Part shown: positions 41,698 to 53,544 of the stretch, in pieces
Layout: each line of letters opens with the position of its first letter
How positions within the stretch are numbered: position 1 is the first letter of the stretch
Program-made: the position numbers and the translations under genes
NCBI GenBank assembly: GCA_035221665.1
Contig: CM069161.1
Coordinates: 2,108,001-2,172,000, forward strand
Direction: 5' to 3'
From: Okamejei kenojei
Lineage: Eukaryota
Length of the DNA: 64,000 bases
Notes under the pieces: model-generated
What the model was told of the DNA's origin: nothing
The model's database searches: none
Seen by the model: the letters and a program-made list of their open reading frames with translations, nothing else

Positions 41698-43522
41698 ACA
41701 TAGAAACATAGAAATTAGGTGCAGGAGTAGGCCATTCAGCCCTTCGAGCCTGCACCGCCATTCAATATGATCATGGCTGATCATCCAACTCAGTATCCCG
41801 TACCTGCCTTCTCTCCATACCCTCTGATCCCCTTAGCCACAAGGGCCACATCCAACTCACTCTTAAATATAGCCAATGAACTGGCCTCAACTACCCTCTG
41901 TGGCAGAGAGTTCCAGAGACTCACCACTCTCTGTGTGAAAAAAGTCTTTCTCATCTCGGTCTTAAAGGATTTCCCCCTTATCCTTAAGCTGTGACCCCTT
42001 GTCCTGGACTTCCCCAACATCGGGAACAATCTTCCTGCATCTAGCCTGTCCAACCCCTTAAGAATTTTGTAAGTTTCTATAAGATCCCCTCTCAATCTCC
42101 TAAATTCCAGCGAGTATAAACCGAGTCTATCCAGTCTTTCTTCATAAGACAGTCCTGACATCCCAGGAATCAGTCTGGTGAACCTTCTCTGCACTCCCTC
42201 TATGGCAATAATGTCCTTCCTCAGATTTGGAGACCAAAACTGTACGCAATACTCCAGGTGTGGTCTCACCAAGACCCTGTACAACTGAAGTAGAACCTCC
42301 CTGCTCCTGTACTCAAATCCTTTAATAGAGCAACAGCAGATTGGGACTCCCTGACAAATCTTATGGTGTTGGATAGATTGATGGGACTGAAGGCTGATAA
42401 ATCCCCAGGGCCTGATGGTCTGCGTCCCAGGGTACTTAAGGAAGTGGCTCTAGAAATCGTGGATGCCTTGGTGATAATTTTCCAATGTTCTATAGACTCA
42501 GGATCAGTTCCTGTGGATTGGAGGAATTAACCTGGTGAACCGACGCTGCACTCCCTCAATAGCAATAATGACCTTCCTCAAATTAGGAGACCAAAATTGC
42601 ACACAATACTCCAGGTGTGGGCTCACCGGGGCCTTATGCAGCTGCAGTAGGACCTCCATGTTCCTAAACTCAAATCCTCTTGCAATGAAGGCCAACATGC
42701 CATCAGCGTTCTTCACTGCCTGCTGTACCTGCATGCTTACTTTCAGTGACTGATGTACAAGCACACCCAGGTCTCGTTGCACCTCCCCTTTTCCTAATCT
42801 GACGCCATTCAGATAATAATCTGCCTTCCTGTTCTTGCCACCAAAGTGGATAACCTCATATTTATTAACATTATACTGCATCTGCAATGCATCTGCCCAC
42901 TCACGCAACCTATCCAAGTCACCCTGCAGCCTCATAGCATTTTTCCTGCATCTAGATTTTGTCTAAATCGTTAATATATATTGTAAATAACTGGGGTCCC
43001 AGCACCGAGCCTTGCGACACCCCACTAGTTATGCCCTGCCATTCTGAAAAAGGACCCGTTAATTCCTACTCTTTGCTTCCTTTCTGCCAACCTGTTCTCT
43101 ATTCATGTCAATACCCTACCCCCAATACCATGTGCTCTAATTTTGCACATTAATCTCTTGTGTGGGACATTGTCAAAGGCTTTTTGAAAGTTCTGATACA
43201 CCATATCCACTGGCCCTCCTTTACATCCTCAAAATATTCCAGAAGATTAGTCAAGCATGATTTCCCCTTTATAAATCCATGATGACTTTGACCCATCCTG
43301 TCACAGCTTTCCAAATGCGCTGCTATAACATCTTTAACAATCGACTCAAGCATCTTCCCCACTATCAATGTAAGGCTAACTGGTCTATAATTCCACGTTT
43401 TCTCTCTCCCTCCTTCCTTAAAAAGTGGGGTTACATTGCCTACCCTCCAGTCCACAGCAACTGATCCAGAGTCGAGAGAACATTGGAAAATGATCACCAA
43501 TGCATCCACGATTTCTAGGGCC
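41698..43522 (-). mobile_element. Composite CR1 cluster: 3' copy 41698-42325 (-), inverted internal piece ~42370-42524 (+), older internal copy 42525-43522 (-)
   Basis: ORFs 41790-42284, 42504-42935 and 43150-43566 carry CR1 RT motifs; (acatagaa)n tail. Confidence 0.88.
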
Positions 43523-43734
43523 AGACTCCCACCCACTGTTTTCTCCACTGCACCCATTTGTTTCACTGAGATTGAGACAATGATCCTTTGAAGTTCACAA
43601 CCTCCTGCATAACTGACTCTCCCGGAAGCCAGATGCCCTCATCATCTAATAGACTTCATCCCCCAACACCTTTGATCATCAAGAGCCAAGGCTCAACTCA
43701 CCAACACTCCTCACAGACCTACATCTCCACATTA

Positions 43735-44265
43735 AGGTGAGAGGGGAAAGATTTAAGAGGAACTTGAGGGATAACCTTATTCACACAAAGCATGGTGGGT
43801 ATCAGAATCGAGCTGGCAGCAGAAGTGGTAGAAGCTGGTACAATAACAACATTTAAAAGAGAGAGAGACGAGGAACTACAGATACCGGAATCTTGACCAA
43901 AACACAAAGTGCTGGAGTATCTCAGCAGGTCAGGCAGCATTTGTGGAGGGAATAGACAAGATGACATTTTGGGTGATGATCCTTAAGATCTTTGGTCAGG
44001 ACCTTCTTTGGACCCATCCTCAGGAGTCCAAAGAAAGGACCTGACCCAAAACAGTACCTACCTATTCCCTCCACAGTTACTGCCTGACCTGCTCAGCTAC
44101 TCCAGCACTCAGCTTTTGCTCAATATTTAAAATACATTTGGATAGGCACATGTATGGAAAATATTTAGAGGGACATGGGTGAAATGGGACCAACGTAGAT
44201 CTTGGCATCTTGGTTGACATGGACGAGTTGGGCCGAAGGGCTATTTCTACATTGTATGATTAAGT
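43735..44265 (+). mobile_element. CR1 3' end interrupted by a palindromic Penelope mini-element (43859-44120)
   Basis: Duplication caacatttaaaa (43847-43858) / caatatttaaaa (44121-44132); inverted arms between them. Confidence 0.75.
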
Positions 44266-44798
44266 GACATCATGACCTATCTAATCAATGCATGCTAACA
44301 ACTAAAGGAAGATGACAATGCCATTCCCACTGGATTTGCCCTGACCTTCTCTACGGATTCCATCTTGTAGGTCCCAACCTTTTAGTCTTTTTGCAGACTC
44401 TTTCTCCTGGTTGACGTGCGTTATGCAGACGTCCTCCCTGCCTCTGACACTCCACACAGACCCTTCCTTTCCTATTCCTAATGCCTTGTTTATCAGACCA
44501 TAGCCCTCTCCCTTATTTCTTTCTTGGTATTCATTGTGGGGATGGTACATTGGACATTATTGTTAGCACTGCACTATAATGATGATCGTGGTATAAAACA
44601 CTAAAACTAAAGACCATAGGTTTCAAAGGGGTAAGCGATAATAAGGGATCTGCGAAGGAACCTATTTACACAGAGGATGTTTGTAATCTGGAAAGCACTA
44701 CTCGAGTGGATGGTGGAGTTACATTCTCTCACAACATTTAAGAAATACTTAGACGGACACTTGAATTGGCAAGATATAGAGGGCTACAGACCCAAATC

Positions 44799-45099
44799 GC
44801 GGCACGAGGCTCTGCGGTAGATTTTCTGCTTTACAGCGCTAGAGACCTGGGTTCCATCCTGACTACGCGTGGTGTCTGTATGGAGTTTGTATGTTCTCTC
44901 CGTGACCGCATGGGTTTTCTCTGGATGCTCCGGTTTCCTCCCATACTCCAAAGACTTACAAGATTAATGGTTACTATGGCTTAGATAAAAATGGTAAAAT
45001 GTCCCTTGTGTGCAGGATAGTGTTAGTGTACGGGCATTGCTGGTCGGCTCGGACGGTGGGCTGAAGGGCCGGTTTCTATGCTGTATCTCTAAACTAAAC
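44799..45099 (+). mobile_element. Full-length HE1/V-SINE inserted in a CR1 3' fragment (~44600-45200)
   Basis: tRNA-like head, V-domain ctccggtttcctcccatactccaaagac, tail gggctgaagggccggtttc..ctaaactaaac. Confidence 0.85.
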
Positions 45100-45957
45100 G
45101 AAAGTGCTGCTAAACAGGATTAGAATCGATGGTTACTTGAAAGACAGCATGGATATAATAGCACTGAGGGCCTGTTTCTGTGTTGTATTGCACTGTGATT
45201 CGACACCTTTCATCATCTTGCAGTGTAAATTATTTTTTGCTAATAACCCACAGGAAGGAACAAAGGAATAACGAAACAATGACAATGTGACAACAGTAAA
45301 AATGAAGGGACAAGATGTGAAAAAAAAATGAACAAAACAAGTATATACAGGAGGAAGAGTGAGAGGCATTACTCAACCGCATTTGAAATGTCTGCAAGAT
45401 CAAAAGTTTGTTAGGATTACAGTATCCACTCAGTTACTAAATAATTAAATGTTAGTTTTCTGAGCATTTTGATTCTGTACCAAAAAAATCTAAATATCCT
45501 TCAAGTAAACATTGTACTTTGAATAAATCACCATTAAGAGTAGAATTATCTCATCATTCTTTTGTCATTAAGCTTTTTACCACCATATTAAATATCACTT
45601 AAATTAATGTTAAACCTAAAGTATATAAGGTCACAAGGCAGATCCCATGCCTTAATAGTAGCAGCAATCATGGGCCTTACCTGCATACTCATGACAGTGT
45701 GATCTTCTGCTGGTTTCCAAGCTGCCAGGCTAGAGACCTGGCTGTTGAGCCTGCACTGTGCAAGCATAACACTGTCCATTCAACTGAATGGATGAAATTG
45801 GCTGCCAGGAGCAAGATAGGCAGTATTTTTTATATTCAGTTAAATTAGTTTCATGTTTTAAAACAGTCTTTATGTGACATAAATATAATTTTAAAAAATG
45901 TCGTGCCAAAAACAACAAAAGAGATTTGATGGGCCAACTAACAGCAATGATAGTCTT

Positions 45958-46412
45958 TCTGAAGACGGGTCCTGACCCGAAACGTCACCTATCAATTTTT
46001 TCGAGAGATACAGCCTGACCCGCTGAGTTACTCCAGCACTTTGTACGNNNNNNNNNNNNNNNNNNNNNNNNNNNNNNNNNNNNNNNNNNNNNNNNNNNNN
46101 NNNNNNNNNNNNNNNNNNNNNNNNNNNNNNNNNNNNNNNNNNNNNNNNNNNNNNNNNNNNNNNNNNNNNNNNNNNNNNNNNNNNNNNNNNNNNNNNNNNN
46201 NNNNNNNNNNNNNNNNNNNNNNNNNNNNNNNNNNNCAAGGTGCACAAAAACATCGCCACACCTACATGTCTAATTATAGTTGTTTTTATATGGTCAAACA
46301 AAGTATCGGCTTTTACAAAAGATAGACACAAAATGCTGGAGTATCTCAGCGGGTCAGGCACCATCTCTGGAGAAAATGTATAGGTAATGTTCGGGTCGGG
46401 ACCCTTCTTCAG
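45958..46412. mobile_element. Two oppositely oriented Penelope mini-element arms flanking the assembly gap; intact plus-strand hammerhead core at 45959-45986
   Basis: ctgaaga cgggtcctgaccc gaaa cgtc on plus; decayed core on minus at ~46385-46411. Confidence 0.72.
46048..46235. other. Assembly gap (188 N)
   Basis: Run of N. Confidence 1.
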
Positions 46413-46655
46413 ACATTATCAGTTTTTGCAGTTTTGACCCATCTGTTAATTTAATGCAGACTATTTGGTTTTCAAATCTGAGAGAAACAAACCAAAAATG
46501 AATCTAATTAAAAAATCTGACCATATTTAGGTTTTTAATATCCCTTCCTTTGATTCAAGCACCGCTGTTTAAATAGGGAATGTGAAGTGATATTCCAGGA
46601 CGCCAAACATAAACCATGGTGAGCAACTGTTGATATTTTCAAGTCAACAGTGTTA

Positions 46656-46961
<306 letters not shown>

Positions 46962-47212
46962 TTATGAAATGACCAATGTTATCTGGAATCTAATCCTTTA
47001 TTCCACAAAACAATTAACTACATTTTTTTTCGGAAATGTCTAAACTCCGTTGACGAGGTTTTGATTTTCAGCTCATTTTTAAAACCATTTGATGACAGCA
47101 TCCATTTACCTGTCTTGTCTCTTTGAACAAAGGAATGTCTATAACTAATGCCCTTTAATGCATCGTCATGACATTTCTTGTGATGTCAAATAATAATATA
47201 TTTTATTGAAAA

Positions 47213-47335
47213 TTGAATGTTCTCAATTCTGTTAACCCTTGCTGTCTCCTCCCCTTCCCACCTCTCCGTCGCCTATCTCCTTCGCTCCTTAGATGCTGCT
47301 GCACCCGCCGAGTTTCTCCAGCCTTTTGTGTACCC
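47213..47335 (+). mobile_element. Internally deleted Penelope 3' fragment
   Basis: Nearly identical to 6136-6190 joined to 6421-6486; most of the hammerhead core is deleted. Confidence 0.8.
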
Positions 47336-48409
47336 ATAATATATTTTATGATCTGTTATGGGTTTCAGAAAGTTCATAGACAGTTGTTCTTGCTTCTATA
47401 CTTTGCACAATAATAGTCTTTGAACTTTGCCTTCTCTCCATTTGCATTGCCCAGTTGATGAGGTGAATGCAATTTAGGTTGCAGGGTTATCTAATTTCCT
47501 GTCATACCTGTAATATGGGGCTTATCTGGAATACTTCCAGCAGTATTTGCATTTAAATATGTCAGGACATTCATTTTAAAATTGCCGCATACATAATTTT
47601 GGTACATCTATTACTTTCTTCATTTCAGCCGGGCATAAAAATAGGTAGAGGAATGTAATTCAAATATTTTGATCCATTAACCACATATGCTTTTCTCAAA
47701 GTTGTCTGTTGAGGCAAAGGAAGAACAATACATTCCAGATGAGGAATAGGACACAGATGAGAAATTGGAGGAGCCCAGGACAGATCCTTTAGGGGCATTT
47801 GGCTACGTAGATTTTATCCAATAATAAATTCAGTGATGTTTACTGCAACAGGAAATCAAAAGCATTTACTTAATTTCATGAACATCTTTGTCTTCCTTGT
47901 TTTGATAGAATCATTATACGTGAAATTAACAGAGCAAACAGCTCTACAGTAAAGGCATAAACTGCCTCCTGATGTTGGTATATTCAGAGTCTTGGGGCAA
48001 TGTCTTTCTCAATGTCATACTCTGAAATACATGTTGGACACAGATGATGTGTAATGAGTTACATGGCAGTGGTTGGATCACGTGCGTCTAGTGATGTCAT
48101 CTACTGGAAGGGAATTGATACCCCAATTATTACCTCATAACCTAAATTCTTACATTTATAACAAAATGTACATTAATTGGTAATATTTATTACTGTGGTT
48201 TTTTTTAAATTACTGTCTTGATTTAAAAGTACTGTTTCCAGGGATTGTTGGAGAAAGGAGATCATAAAGCATAAAGAGTCATGGCTAAGTGTGACATGCT
48301 GAAGCAATTTAATGCTGAGATCACGGATATTCCCTTGGACAAGTACATCACAGATATGGAAAAAAGGCATATGGATCGGAGTAGTGGCATATATCAGCCA
48401 TGATTCGTA

Positions 48410-49246
48410 GGGGACGCCGTCGAGTATGGCTGCCCTGCCAGCAGCTGTTAGTCTTTTCACCCTTTTTTACATTTTTAGTTAGTTAAAAGTGTTTGTTTTG
48501 GAGGTTTTTAGCCTTTTTATGTGGGGGGTGGGGGGGGGGAAGGGGGAAACTAGTTTTCTCAGTACCTACCTGGTCGGAGATGCAGCTTTTCTCCGGGCCG
48601 TATCTTAGTCCCTTCCTCGCGGCTTACCGACAGTCTGGAGCGGCGTTTCCTGCCGGGACAGCCCAGACTTCAGCTTTGGCGGATGCACAGCGCTGGAGCG
48701 CCATCGTGGAGCGGGCAATGCCTTGCCCGGGTCGCCGTGCGGTAAGCTCCGGAGGGCTGGACGCCGACTCCAACATCGCGGAGCTGCAGTCTGCGGTCTG
48801 CGGAGCTTCCAGCCACGCGCGGCGCTGAACTGTAAACACCGGGGAGCCTGGGATCTCACGGAGGTCGCCAGAGTCGGAGCTCCGACCAGCGCAGCTCATG
48901 GACTTCGGGTGCCGTGGTCTTCGGGGAGGAAGCGGCCGCTCCAGACGCTCCAGGCCGCTGAGGAGTGTTCACCCGACGCCAGAGCTTCATCATCCGGCGA
49001 GAGGGCCTGAAGCATCGGACTGTCATAGCAGCGACTGCGGAGGCCTCAATAGGCCCGACTATGGGTGAACTGGGGATGGGACTGGACTTTGTTGCCTTCC
49101 CCCACAGTGGGAACCATTGTGGGGGGATGTTTTTATGTTTACTGTTAAATTCTTTAATGTTGTGTATTATCTTTATTTGTGTGCTGCATGGCAAGTCAAA
49201 TTTCACTGCACCAATTGGTGTATGTGCTAATAAATGTCCTTTGATC
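48410..49246 (+). mobile_element. GC/CpG-rich non-coding retroelement with a LINE-like 3' hairpin tail
   Basis: GC-rich head and body, T-rich and G-run segments, 3' aaatttcactgcaccaattggtgtatgtgctaataaa. Same architecture as 52239-53235. Confidence 0.65.
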
Positions 49247-49581
49247 TCAGAAACACCACTACGTATTCCATTATTTTTGCTCATTTAATCCCATTTAAAT
49301 TGGAGCAAAAACTTTATATATTTTAAACATTGACGCTGGAGTGCAGCGACATTTTGCCGCAGCCGGGCAAGATAATCTTAAATATACCTGTTGTTTTTAA
49401 AGCTGCAGTAAGTAAAAAAATAATTGTTCTAGTTGATATCTAGTACATATGACAAATTAATACTTTTGAGTCACTATCTACAACGACATTCATGATTAAT
49501 ATACTTTCATATCAATGCTATTTTAAACATTTGAATAATTGTGAAATGTATGATATTTTCAATGATTTCTCTATAAAACTA

Positions 49582-50100
<519 letters not shown>

Positions 50101-50139
50101 TTGATGCTTACATAAAATGATAATTCATGTTTTCAATTA

Positions 50140-50568
50140 ATTTGGGCCTGGATTAGTTGGTATTAGCTACAGGGAGAGGTTGCACTGTCTTGGATTGTTT
50201 TCTCTGGAACTCCAGAGGTTTCAGGGACACATGATAGAAGTATATAAAATTACAAGAGGCACAGATAGGATAGATTGACTATCATTTTTCCCAGGATGAA
50301 AAAAGTCATATACTAGAGGGCATAGCCTTAAGGTGAGAGGGGTGAAGTTTAAATGGGGCATGTTTTTCTTACACAGAGGCTGACAAGAGCCTGGAACGCC
50401 CTGCCACGGATGATGATTGAGGCAGATATGGTCGTGCCATTTAAGAGACTTTTGGATAGGCTTATCGTTATGCGGGAAATGGAGGGATATGGATTATGTG
50501 TAGGCGGCATGTATGCCACAGACGTTGTGGGACAAAGGGCTTGATCTTGTGCTCTATTGTTCTAAGTA
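50140..50568 (+). mobile_element. CR1 3' fragment
   Basis: FLTQRLTRAWNALP motif and CR1-type tail. Confidence 0.8.
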
Positions 50569-52238
50569 CAATCATTCATTTTCCAGCATCTGGGCAATGC
50601 TGGTAAGGCCATCATTTATTGACCATTATTGAGAAGGTGGTATGGAGGAAACTTCTTGACCTGCTCCAGTCATTTTAGTGTCAGGTAATGGCGCTGTTGG
50701 ATAGTGAACTTCAGAATCCACCCAGTGAAGGAACAACAATATACTTCCAACTGTGTAACATGGATAAGAACCAGCAGGTGTTCTCATACATCTGTGAACC
50801 TTGTCCTTCTTGGTAGAGATCACAGTTTTGGAAAGTTCTGTCAGGGCTGAATGGTGCATTTTCCAGATGGTACATGCCACAACTATTCTGCACGAATGCT
50901 GGAGGGAATGAAAGTTAGGTAGCTGATGAAGTGTTTATTAAGCAGGCCTGTTCACAGTGTTGTAGTTTGACTCATCCAGAGTATTCTATCACACCTTTGA
51001 TTTGTGCATTGTCGATGTTGGAACCATTCTGAAATATCAGGACATGAGTCACTGTCACAGAACACCCAACTTCTGATCTCCCCTTGTAGCCATGGTATCA
51101 TGTGGCCAGTCCGGTGGATTGTGCGGTCAATGGTGGCCACCAGGATGTTGATGGTGAGGGATTGAGAAATAATAATTCCACTAAAGATCAAAGATATGAG
51201 GCTAGAGTTTCCCTTTTATGAGATTGGCACCGTCTAACTACATAAATATGGTATTATACTTATCAGCCCATGACTGAACATTGTTTGGATCTTGCTGTGT
51301 GTAAAGGGGCTGTCCCACTTGAGCAACCTAATCTGTAAGTTAAGAAGAGTGTCTTCGACCTTCAAGCTCGAGGGAACTCGCTTGGAAAGCCTCGAGCTGG
51401 ATCGACCGCGCACACACACACATTGCAAACGCGGGGGCCAGGGAAAGTGGGGGAGCGCTGTCTGCGCAATGAAGAGGAAGGTAAACGGCTGCCACAGTGT
51501 ATGGTAAGTCCTTCAGAGAGCACGGGGGGCTGGGGCGGGAGGGGAGAGAGGGGGAGAGCAGGACAGAGAAGGGAAGAGAAGGGGAGAGAAGTGGGAGACA
51601 AGGGGAGAGAAGTTGAGAGAAGGGGGGGAGAAGGAGCGGAGACACATTTAAGAAGTACTAGACTAAGTGGGACCCGTTGGGTCCCATCATCACAAGGGAG
51701 GGCTGGTACCCCAACACAATATTCCACCTATCCACCAATTCCAATATTGGTGGCCAGTTTGGGGGGGGGGGGCTTTCTGGAGTGATATTATGGGTGTTGT
51801 GGGCTGAAGGGACTGGTTTACAGAGGGCTAGTATGGACTTTGTGGGCCGAATGGATTCTTGGACTGGCGGCTCAGTTACTCAAACCTGTTGTGCTGGCAG
51901 CTCACTCACTCTCGGCTGGTGGGCTGGCAATTGACTCAAGGCTATTCCATTTCAAGCAGGGTGCAAGGCCACCAAATTCAAGTGCAGTTTCATACCATTT
52001 AAAGCAGGGTGCAAGGCCACTAAAGACAACGAGTCGTGACCTCTTCCTCCTCCATTTTGCAGAGACTGAGCCACACCCACACTTTTGGGTTTTATAGTCC
52101 CTCCCACCAGAAGGAGCATGGCCTTCATGGCGTGATTGACAGGAGAAAGAATCTCAACATTTTTTAAACACTAATAACTCTTTTATTTTTCATCGATGGA
52201 AAAAATCCTCGGCACCTGATGAGCGGGGGGATCTAAAT

Positions 52239-53235
52239 CGCCGGAAGTGGCGGCGCTGCGTGGCAGCTGCGGCTCACCTGCAGTCCGTCTGTTTTTTTCT
52301 TTTTTTTTCGTCTTTTTGTGTCTGTTTTAGTTAGAATTTTGGTTTATTAGGCTGTGTTTGTGTGGGGGGGGGGGGAGAAACAAGGTTTTAGTCTCTCCCT
52401 TCGGGGGGATGCGACCTTTTCTTGTCGTGTCCCCCGTCACCGTCTCCGTCTGTGCTGAGGCCTAATGGCGGAGCTGGTGGCCTCGGAGATGTGGCGAGCG
52501 TTCGGAGCTCCGGTGTTCCAGCGGCGGCAACGGCCCGGCTTCGGGGCTTCGGCGCTCCAGCAGTTGCTCCAGCGGTGCTCCAGCAGCGGCCCGGCTTCGG
52601 CGCTCTGGCGGCTCTCCAGCGGTGCTCCGGCAGCGGCCCGGCTTCGGGGCTTCGGCGCTCCAGCGGCTCTCCAGCGGTGCTCCAGCGGCGGCCCGGCTGC
52701 GGCGCTCCAGCGGCTCTCCAGTGGTGCTCCGGCGGCGGCCCGGCTTCGGGGCTTCGGCGCTCCAGCGGCTCTCCAGCGGTGCCCCGGCGGCGGCCCGGCT
52801 GCGGCGCTCCAGCGGCTCTCCAGCGGTGCTCCAGCGGCGGCCCGGCTGCGGCGCTCCGGCGGCTCCAGCGTTCCCGTGGTCGATCCTGACTGGGAGCTGT
52901 GGTGTTGTTCCGGCATTCCGGCAGCGGTGGCGGTGACGGCCTGGCTTCGGAGGCTCGGCCGCGGGCCTAGTGGACGATGACATCGAAGGCCTGGATTGCC
53001 TCAGTACAGAGAGGGAACAAGTAGGGGAAAAAGACAAAGACTTTAAGACTTTTGCCTTCCACCACAGTGAGGAGGTGCCTGGTGAACTCACTGTGGTGGA
53101 TGTTAAATATGTGTTTATTGTGTGTTTTGTTTTAATTTATTACATGTTATGACTGCAAGGTAACAAATTTCGTTCAGACCGAAAGGTCTGAATGACAATA
53201 AAGGAATCTGAATCTGAATCTGAATCTGAATCTGA
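52239..53235 (+). mobile_element. GC-rich non-autonomous retroelement with (tgaatc)n tail and 8-bp TSD
   Basis: TSD atctaaat at 52231-52238 and 53236-53243; 3' stem-loop cgttcagacc-GAAA-ggtctgaatg (53171-53194), then aataaa and hexamer repeats. Confidence 0.85.
52520..52870. repeat. GC-rich minisatellite of 47- and 55-bp units
   Basis: Unit cagcggtgctccagcggcggcccggctgcggcgctccagcggctctc with or without an 8-bp insert; about 6-7 copies. Confidence 0.9.
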
Positions 53236-53347
53236 ATCTAAATAAGATGGCCAAAAATCACATCCGTACGTGGTAGCGTTTTTTTCTAAAATCAATATAA
53301 AGCGCAAACAGGAAGTGGTCAAGATTAGACTTTTAATTATATATAGA

Positions 53348-53544
53348 AGGCAAGGCAACTTTAATTAGGCAAGGCAACTTTAATTAGACAAGGCAACATT
53401 AATTAAGCAAGGCAACTTTAATTAGGCAACACAACTTTAGCATTTCCAAACCAAAGGCAACACAGCTTTAGCATTTCCAAACCAAAGGCAACACAGCTTT
53501 AGAATTTCCAAACCAAAGGCAACACAGCTTTAGCATTTCCAAAC
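53348..53544. repeat. Two adjacent minisatellites in the Helitron: 19 bp x4 and 31 bp x~4
   Basis: aggcaaggcaactttaatt (53348-53423); aggcaacacagctttagcatttccaaaccaa (53424-53544). Confidence 0.92.

Noticed and set aside
45891-46364. ORFs spanning poly-X
   Set aside because: Artefact of the N gap.
48493-49288. Overlapping ORFs suggesting a nested gene or CpG-island first exon
   Set aside because: GC-rich repeat with a LINE-like tail; no coherent protein or splice structure.
52422-53091. Five overlapping 100-200 aa ORFs on both strands
   Set aside because: They arise from a stop-poor GC minisatellite inside a retroelement.
53348-53544. CRISPR-like repeat array
   Set aside because: Head-to-tail repeats without unique spacers, in a eukaryotic context with no cas genes.
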